The position numbers and the translations under genes are program-made. Shown in pieces: positions 28,740 to 37,422 of a stretch of DNA of 64,000 nt. Every line of letters starts with the position of its first letter. Position 1 is the stretch's first letter. Location of the stretch: positions 841 through 64,840 of the IMG/VR virus record IMGVR_UViG_3300035660_000007; one strand, 5' to 3'. Source of the stretch: a virus. Its lineage: Duplodnaviria > Caudoviricetes. The notes beneath the pieces are model-generated. The model was not told where the DNA came from, made no database searches, and was given only the letters and a program-made list of their open reading frames with translations.

Positions 28740-28806
28740 GGAAGAGCATGAAAATGCCCTGGGAATTCGCAGGGAGACTGCTCTGATGCGAAGAGAGCAT
28801 GCTGAT

Positions 28807-29361
28807 ATGACTAAACCGATAGCGCAGGGGCTGTGGGAATCGCTGTCGGAAGCGGAGCAGGCAGCGCTGGAAGGTACCGCGCGAGAATTCAACGAGCATC
28901 TATCCCGGACGGGGGCTGCAGCGGCGCAGTCGGTAAAGGACTTCGGCATCGCATACGACCACGCCCTCGCCGCCGTGCCCGTCCGCCGCTGGGGCGCGAC
29001 TCTGCGGGAAGACATTCGCGCAGATGTTCACGCGCATCTCATCCCGCCCGGCCTGGTCCTCCTACATTGTGATTTTGTCGGCGACCGGGTATGGTGCGCG
29101 CCTGCTTGGCATCTCCCGGCCCGCGCTGCCTGGGCAGTCTGGAGGGCCTCGATGTGGTGGAGAGGGCGCTTCTGGCGCGCCCTTTACCGCGTCGGGCTGA
29201 TAGATATTCCGCCCGGGATCCGATACGGGTGGCGGCATGTAACTCTTCGGGGCGTGCGCGCAAGGCGGGCTGAACGGGCGGCGCGACGGCATAGTGGTGT
29301 TCGCGGAGATGGTAAGACGGGGGCACCAGGGGGTTCCCAGAAGCCGCCGAACATGGTATAA
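28807..29361 (+). CDS. Hypothetical protein
   Basis: Open frame between genes; Trp-rich C-half. Confidence 0.45.
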   Translation: MTKPIAQGLWESLSEAEQAALEGTAREFNEHLSRTGAAAAQSVKDFGIAYDHALAAVPVRRWGATLREDIRADVHAHLIPPGLVLLHCDFVGDRVWCAPAWHLPARAAWAVWRASMWWRGRFWRALYRVGLIDIPPGIRYGWRHVTLRGVRARRAERAARRHSGVRGDGKTGAPGGSQKPPNMV

Positions 29362-29362
29362 G
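29334..29362 (+). promoter_or_regulatory. Possible sigma70-type promoter (extended -10) for the SLH gene
   Basis: TTCCCA-N17-TATAAG with TG at the extended -10 position. Confidence 0.45.
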
Positions 29363-29407
29363 ACCCTTAGGGCTGCCTCGACGGTACGCCCCACAAGGAG
29401 GCTGGAA

Positions 29408-29905
29408 ATGAGATTGAAGAGGTTTGGATTGGTGATCGGGGCCCTCGCCCTGGTCGCCGCGGTGGCGTCCGGGACCGCTTTCGCCACCATCTACTACCTG
29501 CATCACCACGGCTCCTACTACTTCACCGACATCGCGCCGACCGACTCGGCCGGCCACCACGTCGGCTACGCGGTCGAGGCTGGCACGACGGCCGGCTGCG
29601 GCCCGCAGCGGTTCTGCCCCGGCGACTACGTGACGCGCAGGCAGATGGTGGTGTTCCTGCAACGGCAGGCGGTCAATGAGTTCATGATCAATTACCTGCT
29701 GTTCGACTGGATCTTCCACGACGGGCGGTACTTCGGCGAGACGGCCCTGCACACCGGGCGGATCACGCAGGCGCAATTCGACGAGTATCTGGAGCATTAC
29801 CAGTGGGCGATCGGACGGCTGGAGGCCCTGCTGCCGCCAGCCGCTCCGTCCGCGCAGGCCGGCCGCATGCTGGAGGCGCTGCGGCAGGCGGAGGAGGCAA
29901 GATGA
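29408..29905 (+). CDS. Secreted protein with an S-layer homology (SLH)-like motif
   Basis: Signal peptide ending AFA; FTDIAP...GTTAGCGPQRFCPGDYVTRRQMVVFLQR; AAGGAGG RBS. Confidence 0.8.
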   Translation: MRLKRFGLVIGALALVAAVASGTAFATIYYLHHHGSYYFTDIAPTDSAGHHVGYAVEAGTTAGCGPQRFCPGDYVTRRQMVVFLQRQAVNEFMINYLLFDWIFHDGRYFGETALHTGRITQAQFDEYLEHYQWAIGRLEALLPPAAPSAQAGRMLEALRQAEEAR

Positions 29906-30930
29906 AGGTCCGCATCCTGGGCCTAGTCAAGTACGCCAGCAACGGGGACCTCGCCACCGTGCTGCGACAGCGCGAGCGCTTCGACCGTGCACTAGCCTTC
30001 TGGGACGCGGCGCCCGATTTCCTGCCGCCCGACGGCGTCGCCATCTACGACATGCGGGAGGATTCGCGGGTCCATTCGTGGGCCGAGGGTGCCGAGGCGG
30101 TCGCGCGCGACTTCCGGCCGACCCACGTCGTGATCTGGGGCCACGACGAGCCGTGGAATCAGGCTTTCAGGGATGCCGTCGCGGGGGCAGCGCCGCAAGC
30201 CCGCATGGTCTATGTGGAGGTGGGCCTCTGGCCCGGCACGTTCTGGTGCGCGGCTTTCATGCACTACGTGGAGCCGGAGCGCATACGGGGATCGTGGGTG
30301 CCGGGGATGGCTTCGACGCCCGACAACTTGCAGCGGCTCGCAACCTACACGGATGCGATCTACGGGCCGGACGGAGCGCGCGCGGGGGCGCGGGATGATT
30401 TCGTGCTGCTCGTGCCCCAGTATCCCGATGGTCGCGCCCCGTTCTATGCGACCGGGAGGCATTGCGACATCGCGTGGATGATGCAGTCAATTGCACCCTG
30501 CATCCCGGACGGAACGGAAGCGTGGCTGAAGGTGCATCCGCTCGACCTGACGGACTCGTGGATGCGCGAGGCCGCGCGACTGGACGTCCACGTCCTGCCG
30601 CGCGAGGAGCCGATCTATCCGCTCGTTGCGCGCGCGGCTGCGGTCGTGACGGTCAACAGCGTCGTCGGGCTGCATGCAATGCTAGCAGGAACGCCCGTGC
30701 TTGCGCTCGGTCAGGCATATTACGCGGGGATAGCGGGGGTGAGGATGCGGGCGCTCGAGCCGCAACGGAGGTCGCAGGCGCTGAACGTTCGCGAACCCGG
30801 CGGCGACTTCGATCGGTGGCTGCGGGAGATCGGGCCGGCCCTGAAGGAGACGCTGGCGACGGAGGTGGATCCGGCCACCGCCGACGACTTCTGCTGCCAT
30901 ACGATGCGGTTCTGCGAGGCCGTGCGGTGA
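29902..30930 (+). CDS. KpsS/KpsC-like capsule-synthesis family glycosyltransferase
   Basis: YVEVGLWP...LVPQ...LKVHP...VVTVNSVVGLHAMLAGTPVLALGQAYY. Confidence 0.8.
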   Translation: MKVRILGLVKYASNGDLATVLRQRERFDRALAFWDAAPDFLPPDGVAIYDMREDSRVHSWAEGAEAVARDFRPTHVVIWGHDEPWNQAFRDAVAGAAPQARMVYVEVGLWPGTFWCAAFMHYVEPERIRGSWVPGMASTPDNLQRLATYTDAIYGPDGARAGARDDFVLLVPQYPDGRAPFYATGRHCDIAWMMQSIAPCIPDGTEAWLKVHPLDLTDSWMREAARLDVHVLPREEPIYPLVARAAAVVTVNSVVGLHAMLAGTPVLALGQAYYAGIAGVRMRALEPQRRSQALNVREPGGDFDRWLREIGPALKETLATEVDPATADDFCCHTMRFCEAVR

Positions 30931-31265
30931 AGGTCTACATCGCTGGCCTCTACACGCCGCGCGGCGGCGACGAGGAGGCGCGGCTGCGGAACGTGGCGCA
31001 GGCGCGCGAGGCCGGAGTGGCCCTGATGAAGGCTGGGCACACCCCGTTCTGCCCGCACACGATGACGGACGGGTGGGAGGCGGAGGGGATAGCATACAAG
31101 GAGTTCATGCGCGTCGGGCTGGAGTGGGTCGCCGTCTGCGACGCGCTGCTGCTCCTGCCGGGGTGGAGGACTAGCCCGGGGGCCCGCGCGGAATGCGCGC
31201 TGGCGAAACGCATAGGCCTGCGCATCTGCACGTGGAACAAGTTCTGCAGCACAGGGAGGTTGTGA
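30927..31265 (+). CDS. DUF4406/DUF1937-like protein (nucleoside 2-deoxyribosyltransferase fold)
   Basis: KVYIAG...GHTPFCPH...CDALLLLPGWRTSPGARAE. Confidence 0.85.
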   Translation: MKVYIAGLYTPRGGDEEARLRNVAQAREAGVALMKAGHTPFCPHTMTDGWEAEGIAYKEFMRVGLEWVAVCDALLLLPGWRTSPGARAECALAKRIGLRICTWNKFCSTGRL

Positions 31266-32053
31266 TGACGATCCGCGAGGCTTTCAATCTGGTGGATGAT
31301 TGCCAGGCGAAGCGTATAGGTCGCTGGGGGCAGCCCCACCCACTGGACCCGGACGGGTATACGACCGCGAGACTAATGCACATCGCGCGCGTCCTGTCGA
31401 TGCTCCCGCCCGGTCCGCTCTCCGACTACTGCTGCGGGGACGGGATCGTGTCCGCGCTGGCGACCATGATGGGATGGCGCGCGGACTTCGGCGTGGACAT
31501 CCGCCCGCAGCCGATGGCGGCGGGCGTCTTCGCCCGCGCGGTGGAGGTGGCCGACGTGGAGGACCCGAAGGCCTGGCATGCGTTCCCGCCGAACGAGGCC
31601 AGCGAAACCGCCGTCTTCACCGAGGCCCTCGAGCACATGGCGTTCCACCCCTTGCCGACCCTGCGGCGGATCACCTCCCGTTCGGATTCGCTGCTCCTGA
31701 CTACGCCGAACGCGCCGTGCTTCGACGAGCCGGGGATCCACATGGGCAAGCCGGTCTCGGCGCTGCCGCGCCGTGCGGCGCGCTCCGTCCGGCCCCCTCT
31801 GCGCGTGCCGGGCGAGGTCATGGGGCCGGGCGACCACGGCGAGCACACGAGGTTCTACACAGCCGAGGAGGTGGCCAACCTGCTCCTGATGGCGAAGATG
31901 GGGGAATGGGAGGATGTCGGCGTCTGGATGATCGTGGGCGGACGATGGCTGCTGGCCGTGGCGGGCGCGGCCTATGCGCCGGTGCACGAATGCTACGAGA
32001 AGGAACTGAAGGCCGGCGTCCCGAACGACTTCATGCTGGCGAAGGCGTGGTAA
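31265..32053 (+). CDS. Class I SAM-dependent methyltransferase (divergent)
   Basis: DYCCGDG...GVDI...FTEALEH...LLLTTPN...EHTRFYT. Confidence 0.75.
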   Translation: MTIREAFNLVDDCQAKRIGRWGQPHPLDPDGYTTARLMHIARVLSMLPPGPLSDYCCGDGIVSALATMMGWRADFGVDIRPQPMAAGVFARAVEVADVEDPKAWHAFPPNEASETAVFTEALEHMAFHPLPTLRRITSRSDSLLLTTPNAPCFDEPGIHMGKPVSALPRRAARSVRPPLRVPGEVMGPGDHGEHTRFYTAEEVANLLLMAKMGEWEDVGVWMIVGGRWLLAVAGAAYAPVHECYEKELKAGVPNDFMLAKAW

Positions 32054-32059
32054 TTGAAA

Positions 32060-32178
32060 TGGGCGGGGGCGGCGCTGGTGCGGCGACATGGCAGAAAACA
32101 GCGACAGGAGAGCGCGCCAGGCTACGCCTGCTTCCTGGTTCGCTGAACCATGCGCAGCGGCCGGCCCGCCCCCGCTCA
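32060..32178 (+). ncRNA. Candidate rod-like structured RNA or long hairpin
   Basis: Nested complementary blocks TGGGCGGGGGCGG/CCGCCCCCGCTCA, GCTGGT/GCCGGC, CATGG/CCATG, CAGCGA/TCGCTG, CAGGAG/TTCCTG fill the intergenic gap. Confidence 0.55.
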
Positions 32179-32198
32179 CCTGATTAGAGGAGGCTGGA

Positions 32199-33095
32199 AT
32201 GCCGAAGGATACGCAAAACGCAGCGGGCCCTCCCCTACCGCCGACGCGTGCCGTGGACATCGGGCGCATAGCGTTGGAGAGGCTGATGTTCAGCCACCGG
32301 ATGTTGGTTAGCCCGGATATGCTACGATGGGGGGGCGGCGTCGATGAATTGCGCGACCTGCTCGAGCGCTTGCACGCGCGGCTAATCGGGAGGGAGGACG
32401 AGCCGTCGCAGACCATCGCCGCGCAGATCGAGGGCTTGCTGTTCGGCCCCCTCCGCGTGACGTACGACCACATGGCGCTGGACCTCCGGGCCTACATCAT
32501 GGCCGAGCGCGTGCGACAGTTCCGGTGGCCAGCCGGATGGTGGCAGGCGCTGAAGGAGAGGGCCTATCGGATGCGCATCGTGCCGCGCCGCGTGAAGACG
32601 CGGTGGCCGGTGGCGTGGTGCTGGGTGAATATAAACCGGTGCTTCCCGGACATCGCCATGCCTGGCCACACGGGTTACATCATTGCGACTGGCCCGCTAT
32701 CGGCGGCACCCTACGGCGTCCAGGGCGAAGCCCTCCGCGAGGGAGAGACATGCGCGGAGGGCGGCCGCAGGGCCGAGGCGGTCGCGCCCCCGCAACCCGG
32801 ACTAACGAAGCGCATAGTGCGCGTCTACTGCATAGACTTCGCGCGCGCCGGCATCTGGTCGCTGTCGCTCTGCTGCGCGAGTTGCCACGAAGACCTGGCA
32901 TCGGGTTTCGGCATGAGCGAGAGGGAGGTGCCGGAGGACTTGGTGCCACCGCACGCCCGGGGCGTCGCCGAGGTCTGCTGCGAGCTGAATCGCGCGCTCG
33001 ATCAGCGGGTGCTGTCGGCGGAAGAATGGAAGCGCGTCCTCGCCGGGTTGCAGCCAGCGGACGCCGGGGAGGGCGGGGATGCCGCGGCCGATTGA
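32199..33095 (+). CDS. Hypothetical protein (two-domain)
   Basis: GAGGAGG RBS; WPAGWWQALK motif; C-terminal CCASCH...CC. Confidence 0.6.
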   Translation: MPKDTQNAAGPPLPPTRAVDIGRIALERLMFSHRMLVSPDMLRWGGGVDELRDLLERLHARLIGREDEPSQTIAAQIEGLLFGPLRVTYDHMALDLRAYIMAERVRQFRWPAGWWQALKERAYRMRIVPRRVKTRWPVAWCWVNINRCFPDIAMPGHTGYIIATGPLSAAPYGVQGEALREGETCAEGGRRAEAVAPPQPGLTKRIVRVYCIDFARAGIWSLSLCCASCHEDLASGFGMSEREVPEDLVPPHARGVAEVCCELNRALDQRVLSAEEWKRVLAGLQPADAGEGGDAAAD

Positions 33096-33804
33096 CAGAC
33101 TAGGCGGATTCAGCGCCGAAGAGTGGCGGCGGTACCTCGCCGTCGAGGCCCAGGAGTTCAGCGCCGGCAGCCAGTGGCCAGAGAACCAGGCGATCCAGAA
33201 GGCGCTGGCTGATGAACTGCTGTTCCCCATGCTCCCGCCGGGGCCAGTGCTTGACTTGGGTTGTGGCGACGGTTGGCTGGTTCAATACCTGCGCCCGCTA
33301 GGTTGGGACGCATGGGGCATCACGATCAACGAGGCGGAGGTGCGCGTGGCGCGGGAGCGCCGCGGAGGCGGATTGGGATGGCCCTATGTGGTGCTGGGTG
33401 ACGCGCACCGCATCCCCTTCGGCGACGGTGAGTTCGGTGCCGTCTATGCGCGCGAATGCCTGGAACATTGCATCGCGCCTCACATCGTATTATGGGAAGC
33501 CAATCGGGTGCTGCGGGATGGCGGCTCATTGCTGCTGCACACGCCGTCGGAGCAGTGGACTGAGGAGACTTCGCATAGATGGGTGCCGACCTGGCAGCAA
33601 GGCCGGGACATGCTGGCGAAGACGGGCTTCGACATGGTGCGCGAGATGGTCATTTCGGACCATGCCGGGGCCGCGCTCCGCGAGCGACAGGCCGAGGATG
33701 GTGAAGATTGCTACCACATCTGGCTCGCCCGCCAGGCCCGCCGCATGCCCGCGTCCTGGGAGCGCGGGCCATGGTTCCCCTACATGGCGAAGGGCGGACC
33801 GTGA
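33079..33804 (+). CDS. Class I SAM-dependent methyltransferase
   Basis: VLDLGCGDG...GDAHRIPF...CLEH...RVLRDGG. Confidence 0.9.
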   Translation: MPRPIDRLGGFSAEEWRRYLAVEAQEFSAGSQWPENQAIQKALADELLFPMLPPGPVLDLGCGDGWLVQYLRPLGWDAWGITINEAEVRVARERRGGGLGWPYVVLGDAHRIPFGDGEFGAVYARECLEHCIAPHIVLWEANRVLRDGGSLLLHTPSEQWTEETSHRWVPTWQQGRDMLAKTGFDMVREMVISDHAGAALRERQAEDGEDCYHIWLARQARRMPASWERGPWFPYMAKGGP

Positions 33805-34004
33805 ACAAAGGCCTCTATCCGGAACCGGAGGGATATCGAGGCGCATCCATGCGCGCACGGGACATCATCGGGCATGCCCTGCGTGACTGCCGCGCTCTGT
33901 CGGCAGCGGAGGAAGCCGAACTCGAGCGTCTACACACTGTCATGCTCGGGTATCGTTGCCGATGCAGCCTGATACCACACGAGGATTGCGCCGATGGGCA
34001 TTGA
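33801..34004 (+). CDS. Hypothetical protein
   Basis: GTGA overlap; fills the gap. Confidence 0.4.
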   Translation: MNKGLYPEPEGYRGASMRARDIIGHALRDCRALSAAEEAELERLHTVMLGYRCRCSLIPHEDCADGH

Positions 34005-35196
34005 GATCCTCGTTGTAAACGCCCCCGGCACTGCGCAGCCCCAGGACGCCTGGTACTGCCCGCCTTTGAATCTTCTCTGCCTCGCCGCCTATGCCCGCGC
34101 CCAGGGCATCGGCGTCGAGGTGGTGGACGGGAACGCCGTGGGCTGGGACGGCGTGATGGAGGCGCTCGACCGCCGCCCCCAGGCCGTCGGCATCACCATG
34201 CTGACGTGGGGTAGGCACGCGGCGCTGGAGGTCCTGCGGCGCGCCAAGGCGCGCGGGGCGCGCACGATAGCGGGCGGAGCGCACGCCTCGGCCTGCAGCC
34301 GCCAGATACTCGAGCACTACCCGTTCGTGGATGCGATCTGCGTGGGCGAGGGGGAGGCCGCGCTACTTTCATGGTTGCGCGGCGGGCCAGCGGAGGCGGC
34401 CCCGCTCGACCTAGCGGAGTTAGCGATGCCAGCCTGGGACCTCCTCTACACTCAGGTGCCGCCCGACCGGTATCCGTCCTGGCCGACCGCGAACCTGCAC
34501 TTCTCCCGCGGCTGCCCGGGCCAGTGCTCGTTCTGCCATTCTTGGGTCGCATGGGGCGGATGGCGGTCGCGATCCCCCGTGGCCGTCGCTAACGAGATGC
34601 TGATGCTCGCCGAGCGCTGGGGGTTCCGCTCCTTCGAGTTCCACGACGACTGCTTCACCGGCAGGGCGGAGAACGTCCACGACCTCTGCTTCGTGTTCAA
34701 GCAGATGCTGGGGGCGGCACCAGTCTCCTGGGGTTGCACCACGCGCGCCGACCTGGTGGACGACGCGCTGCTAGCCCATATGCGCGCGACCGGCTGCACG
34801 CAGGTCGCGCTAGGGCTGGAGAGCGGAAGCAACAAGATCCTCGAGCTTGCGAAGAAGGGCGTGACGGTGCGCCAGAATGTGGAGGGCGGGCTGGCCGTCA
34901 AGCGCGCCGGCCTGATCCTCACGGCCCTGGTGATGGTGGGGAACCCGGGCGAAACGGACGAGACGATAGAGCAGACGGCGGCGATGCTGCGCGCCATACA
35001 ACCCGACAAGATCGGGACGGTCGGGCGCGTCTGGGTGTTCCCGGCGACCCGGCTGTGGGCGCGGCTCAAGCGCGAGCATCGCTTCACGGAGGATTACTGG
35101 CTGGAGCAGCCGGGCGAGCCCCCGACCTGGCCGGCCGCAGACGAGGCGACGCTGGCGCGGTGGACCGCACGCATCCACGACTGGCGGCGCGAATGA
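33994..35196 (+). CDS. Cobalamin-binding radical SAM enzyme (class B methyltransferase-like)
   Basis: PPLNLLCLAAY...GGAHAS...GEGE B12 domain; SRGCPGQCSFC (CxxxCxxC); GLESGS; MVGNPGET. Confidence 0.93.
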   Translation: MGIEILVVNAPGTAQPQDAWYCPPLNLLCLAAYARAQGIGVEVVDGNAVGWDGVMEALDRRPQAVGITMLTWGRHAALEVLRRAKARGARTIAGGAHASACSRQILEHYPFVDAICVGEGEAALLSWLRGGPAEAAPLDLAELAMPAWDLLYTQVPPDRYPSWPTANLHFSRGCPGQCSFCHSWVAWGGWRSRSPVAVANEMLMLAERWGFRSFEFHDDCFTGRAENVHDLCFVFKQMLGAAPVSWGCTTRADLVDDALLAHMRATGCTQVALGLESGSNKILELAKKGVTVRQNVEGGLAVKRAGLILTALVMVGNPGETDETIEQTAAMLRAIQPDKIGTVGRVWVFPATRLWARLKREHRFTEDYWLEQPGEPPTWPAADEATLARWTARIHDWRRE

Positions 35197-35215
35197 GCGC
35201 CGCAGAGCACCCGTA

Positions 35216-35434
35216 ATGAGCATTACGAGTCAGATGGGGCCGAAGGAGCAGGCGCGCTTCGCCCGGACCGTGCGTCGCGCGCGACGCTGGTCGTGGCTGA
35301 TACGGCTGCGCGGCTGGCTTCGTCATGCTGTTCACCCCCTGCGGCGCGCCTGGTATGCGCTCTGGTGTCCCCATTACTTTGAGATCGGGCAGCACGCGGT
35401 CGGCGTAGCTTGCAACCGCTGCAGACGCGGTTAG
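35216..35434 (+). CDS. Small basic hypothetical protein
   Basis: C.H...C..C at the C-terminus. Confidence 0.4.
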   Translation: MSITSQMGPKEQARFARTVRRARRWSWLIRLRGWLRHAVHPLRRAWYALWCPHYFEIGQHAVGVACNRCRRG

Positions 35435-35614
35435 GCGAACGTGAAGTGGCTGCCTCCTGGCTATCCTGATGACGAGGAGTTCCGCGCCTGGTGGCGCGAT
35501 TATCAGGGTTCCCTCCATTCTCTCAACAGACCGACCCGGGGCGGCAGGAAACCATAGCATCCCCGTCACGCGGCCCCGCGCCGCGCCCCTGATGCCCCCA
35601 CTGCTCGTTCTACA

Positions 35615-35679
35615 GCCCTGCCCGAGTAATCACTAAGCCCCCGCGCGAACGCCCCATCCCGGGGCATCGTAGCGCGAAA
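35615..35679 (-). repeat. Dispersed non-coding element, copy B (inverted)
   Basis: Reverse complement TTTCGCGCTACGATGCCCCGGGATGGGGCGTTCGCGCGGGGGC matches 55791-55833 at 34/43 nt (hand count). Confidence 0.7.
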
Positions 35680-35717
35680 CGCGCCCTCCCGCAGGTTTCC
35701 TCCCCCGCAACGCCCCG

Positions 35718-35734
35718 CCTGGAATATACCAGCG
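35718..35734 (+). promoter_or_regulatory. Late-promoter motif CCTGGAATATACCAGCG
   Basis: 13-bp core identical; upstream of the GT2-like/tail terminator/tail tube genes. Confidence 0.75.
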
Positions 35735-35743
35735 GAGACTGCC

Positions 35744-36475
35744 ATGCAAACCGCCGACGAAATCCCCGCGGGCGCGATTCATCCCGCCGAGGCGGCGAGT
35801 CGCCGCGCTCTGATGGTGGCGACGCTGCTCGACGGCGACGCGGAGTTGCTGCAACGGTTGCTCGATGGGGCCATGCCTTGGCTGCAACAGGCGGAGGGCG
35901 CGGCCTTCGTCGCCCTGGACCGGGGCGAGGACGAGACCGCCTGGGGTCTGGCCGACGCGCTGGCCGCGCACGGCGACGTGGAGTATACGCCGAATGCGGG
36001 CGAGACGTTCGGCGCGCGGGCTGGCACCGCCGGCGCGATTGCGGTGGTGGCTGGCCGCGACCTGCTGCTCGTCGACCCTGACGCGTCCTGGACGCCGGAG
36101 CAGTTCGATTCCCTCGTCACGGCCTGCGGTTCGCCCTGGGGCCCGATGGTAGCGCACAGGGCGCTGTGGTTCGGCGACGGGGACAACCCGGGCGTCGCAC
36201 GGCTCTACAGGCGGGAGGCCCTCCTGCAGATCGGCTGCTTCGACCGCAACCTGCCGACCCTCGAGGCCGAGGACTGGATCGGGCGCGCCATCTGGGCGGG
36301 CTGGACGGGCGAGGTGGTGCCGGTGCTCGGCTCGCATGCGGCTACGTGCCGACGCGACCGGGACGCGGCCAGTCCCGCTGGCCTGCTGCGGGAGGCGCGC
36401 GACGTCCTCCGGGGCAAGTGGGGCCCGGAATTCTGGCGGCGCTGTCTGCCGCCCTGGCTGTCGGAGGGCGCATGA
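35744..36475 (+). CDS. Degenerate GT-A (GT2-like) protein
   Basis: DLLLVDPDA...LYRREALLQIGCFD...EAEDWIGRAIWAG...GKWG. Confidence 0.65.
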   Translation: MQTADEIPAGAIHPAEAASRRALMVATLLDGDAELLQRLLDGAMPWLQQAEGAAFVALDRGEDETAWGLADALAAHGDVEYTPNAGETFGARAGTAGAIAVVAGRDLLLVDPDASWTPEQFDSLVTACGSPWGPMVAHRALWFGDGDNPGVARLYRREALLQIGCFDRNLPTLEAEDWIGRAIWAGWTGEVVPVLGSHAATCRRDRDAASPAGLLREARDVLRGKWGPEFWRRCLPPWLSEGA

Positions 36476-36876
36476 AGGAATTGTGGGCCGCGATCTACGC
36501 CGCGTTGACGGGCGACGCCCTGCTGGTGGCGCTGACGCATCACGCCGCTGGCGACCCCCACATCTCGCGCGCCCGACAGGGCCAGCGCATCTCGCCGCCC
36601 TGCGTGCTATTCGACACGGCGGGCGTAGAGCCGGGTTCGGACGGCGCCGAGTACCAGCGGCACCGCATCGCCGCGCACGTCTATGCGGCGGACGAGACTG
36701 TGGCGGCCGACATCGCGCAGCGCGTCATGCTGGCGCTGCACGGCAAGTCGCCGACCGCCGCGCATGTCCGCGTGGCGCTGTGCGCGCACGAGGCATCGGG
36801 CGCGCTGGCGTGGGACGACCCCAACCAGTGCTACGCCCAGGACATCTGGTTCATGGCTGGAGCGATCAACACGTAG
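36472..36876 (+). CDS. Tail terminator / tail completion protein
   Basis: LWAAIYAALTGDALL...PCVLF...HVYA...IAQRV...ALH; directly before the tail tube. Confidence 0.8.
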   Translation: MKELWAAIYAALTGDALLVALTHHAAGDPHISRARQGQRISPPCVLFDTAGVEPGSDGAEYQRHRIAAHVYAADETVAADIAQRVMLALHGKSPTAAHVRVALCAHEASGALAWDDPNQCYAQDIWFMAGAINT

Positions 36877-36885
36877 GAGGAGAAG

Positions 36886-37413
36886 ATGCCAGCACCAACC
36901 ATCACCGCGACTAACCTGATCAGCGGCCCCGCCCAGGTCCTCGTCGGACCCGGCGCCGGCGTGGACGTCGGCGCGATCGAGGACGGCGTCGAGCTCGAGC
37001 GGACGCGCGAGTACCTGCAGGTCGAGTCCGACAGCGAGATCGGCGGCCTGAAGGAGATCATGCTGACCGAGCAGTTCGTCTTCCGGTTCAACTGCCAGGA
37101 GGCGACGCTCGTGAACATCCAGCATGCCTTCGACCTCTCCGCCGGCCCCATCGGCAACAGCCTGAGCTTCGGCGGGCTCGTCGGCGGCCTGCCGCCCGGA
37201 GGCAACGAGCTGCAGGTCATAATCCGGGGCATAGGCCCGGCCGGCACGTTCCGCACCGTCACCGTCTACAAAGCCGTGAGCATCGGGGCCGGGACCCAGC
37301 GCTACCAGCGCCGGAACATCACGGTCGTGCCGGTGGAGATGCGCGCGATCCTCGACCTCAGCAAGCCGGCCGGCCAGCGGATCTGCAACATCACGGACGC
37401 GGCGCCGCCGTAG
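36886..37413 (+). CDS. Major tail tube protein
   Basis: NLISGPAQV...DVGAIEDGVEL...QEATLVNI...TVYKA; AGGAGG RBS. Confidence 0.82.
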   Translation: MPAPTITATNLISGPAQVLVGPGAGVDVGAIEDGVELERTREYLQVESDSEIGGLKEIMLTEQFVFRFNCQEATLVNIQHAFDLSAGPIGNSLSFGGLVGGLPPGGNELQVIIRGIGPAGTFRTVTVYKAVSIGAGTQRYQRRNITVVPVEMRAILDLSKPAGQRICNITDAAPP

Positions 37414-37422
37414 GGGCAGGCC

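Noticed and set aside
35441-35560. Hammerhead ribozyme (CTGATGA ... GAAA) or small ORF
   Set aside because: CTGATGA is itself paired in a hairpin (CCTGATGA/TTATCAGG) and I could not build stems I-III with a cleavage triplet. The 38-aa ORF lacks an RBS. Left uncalled
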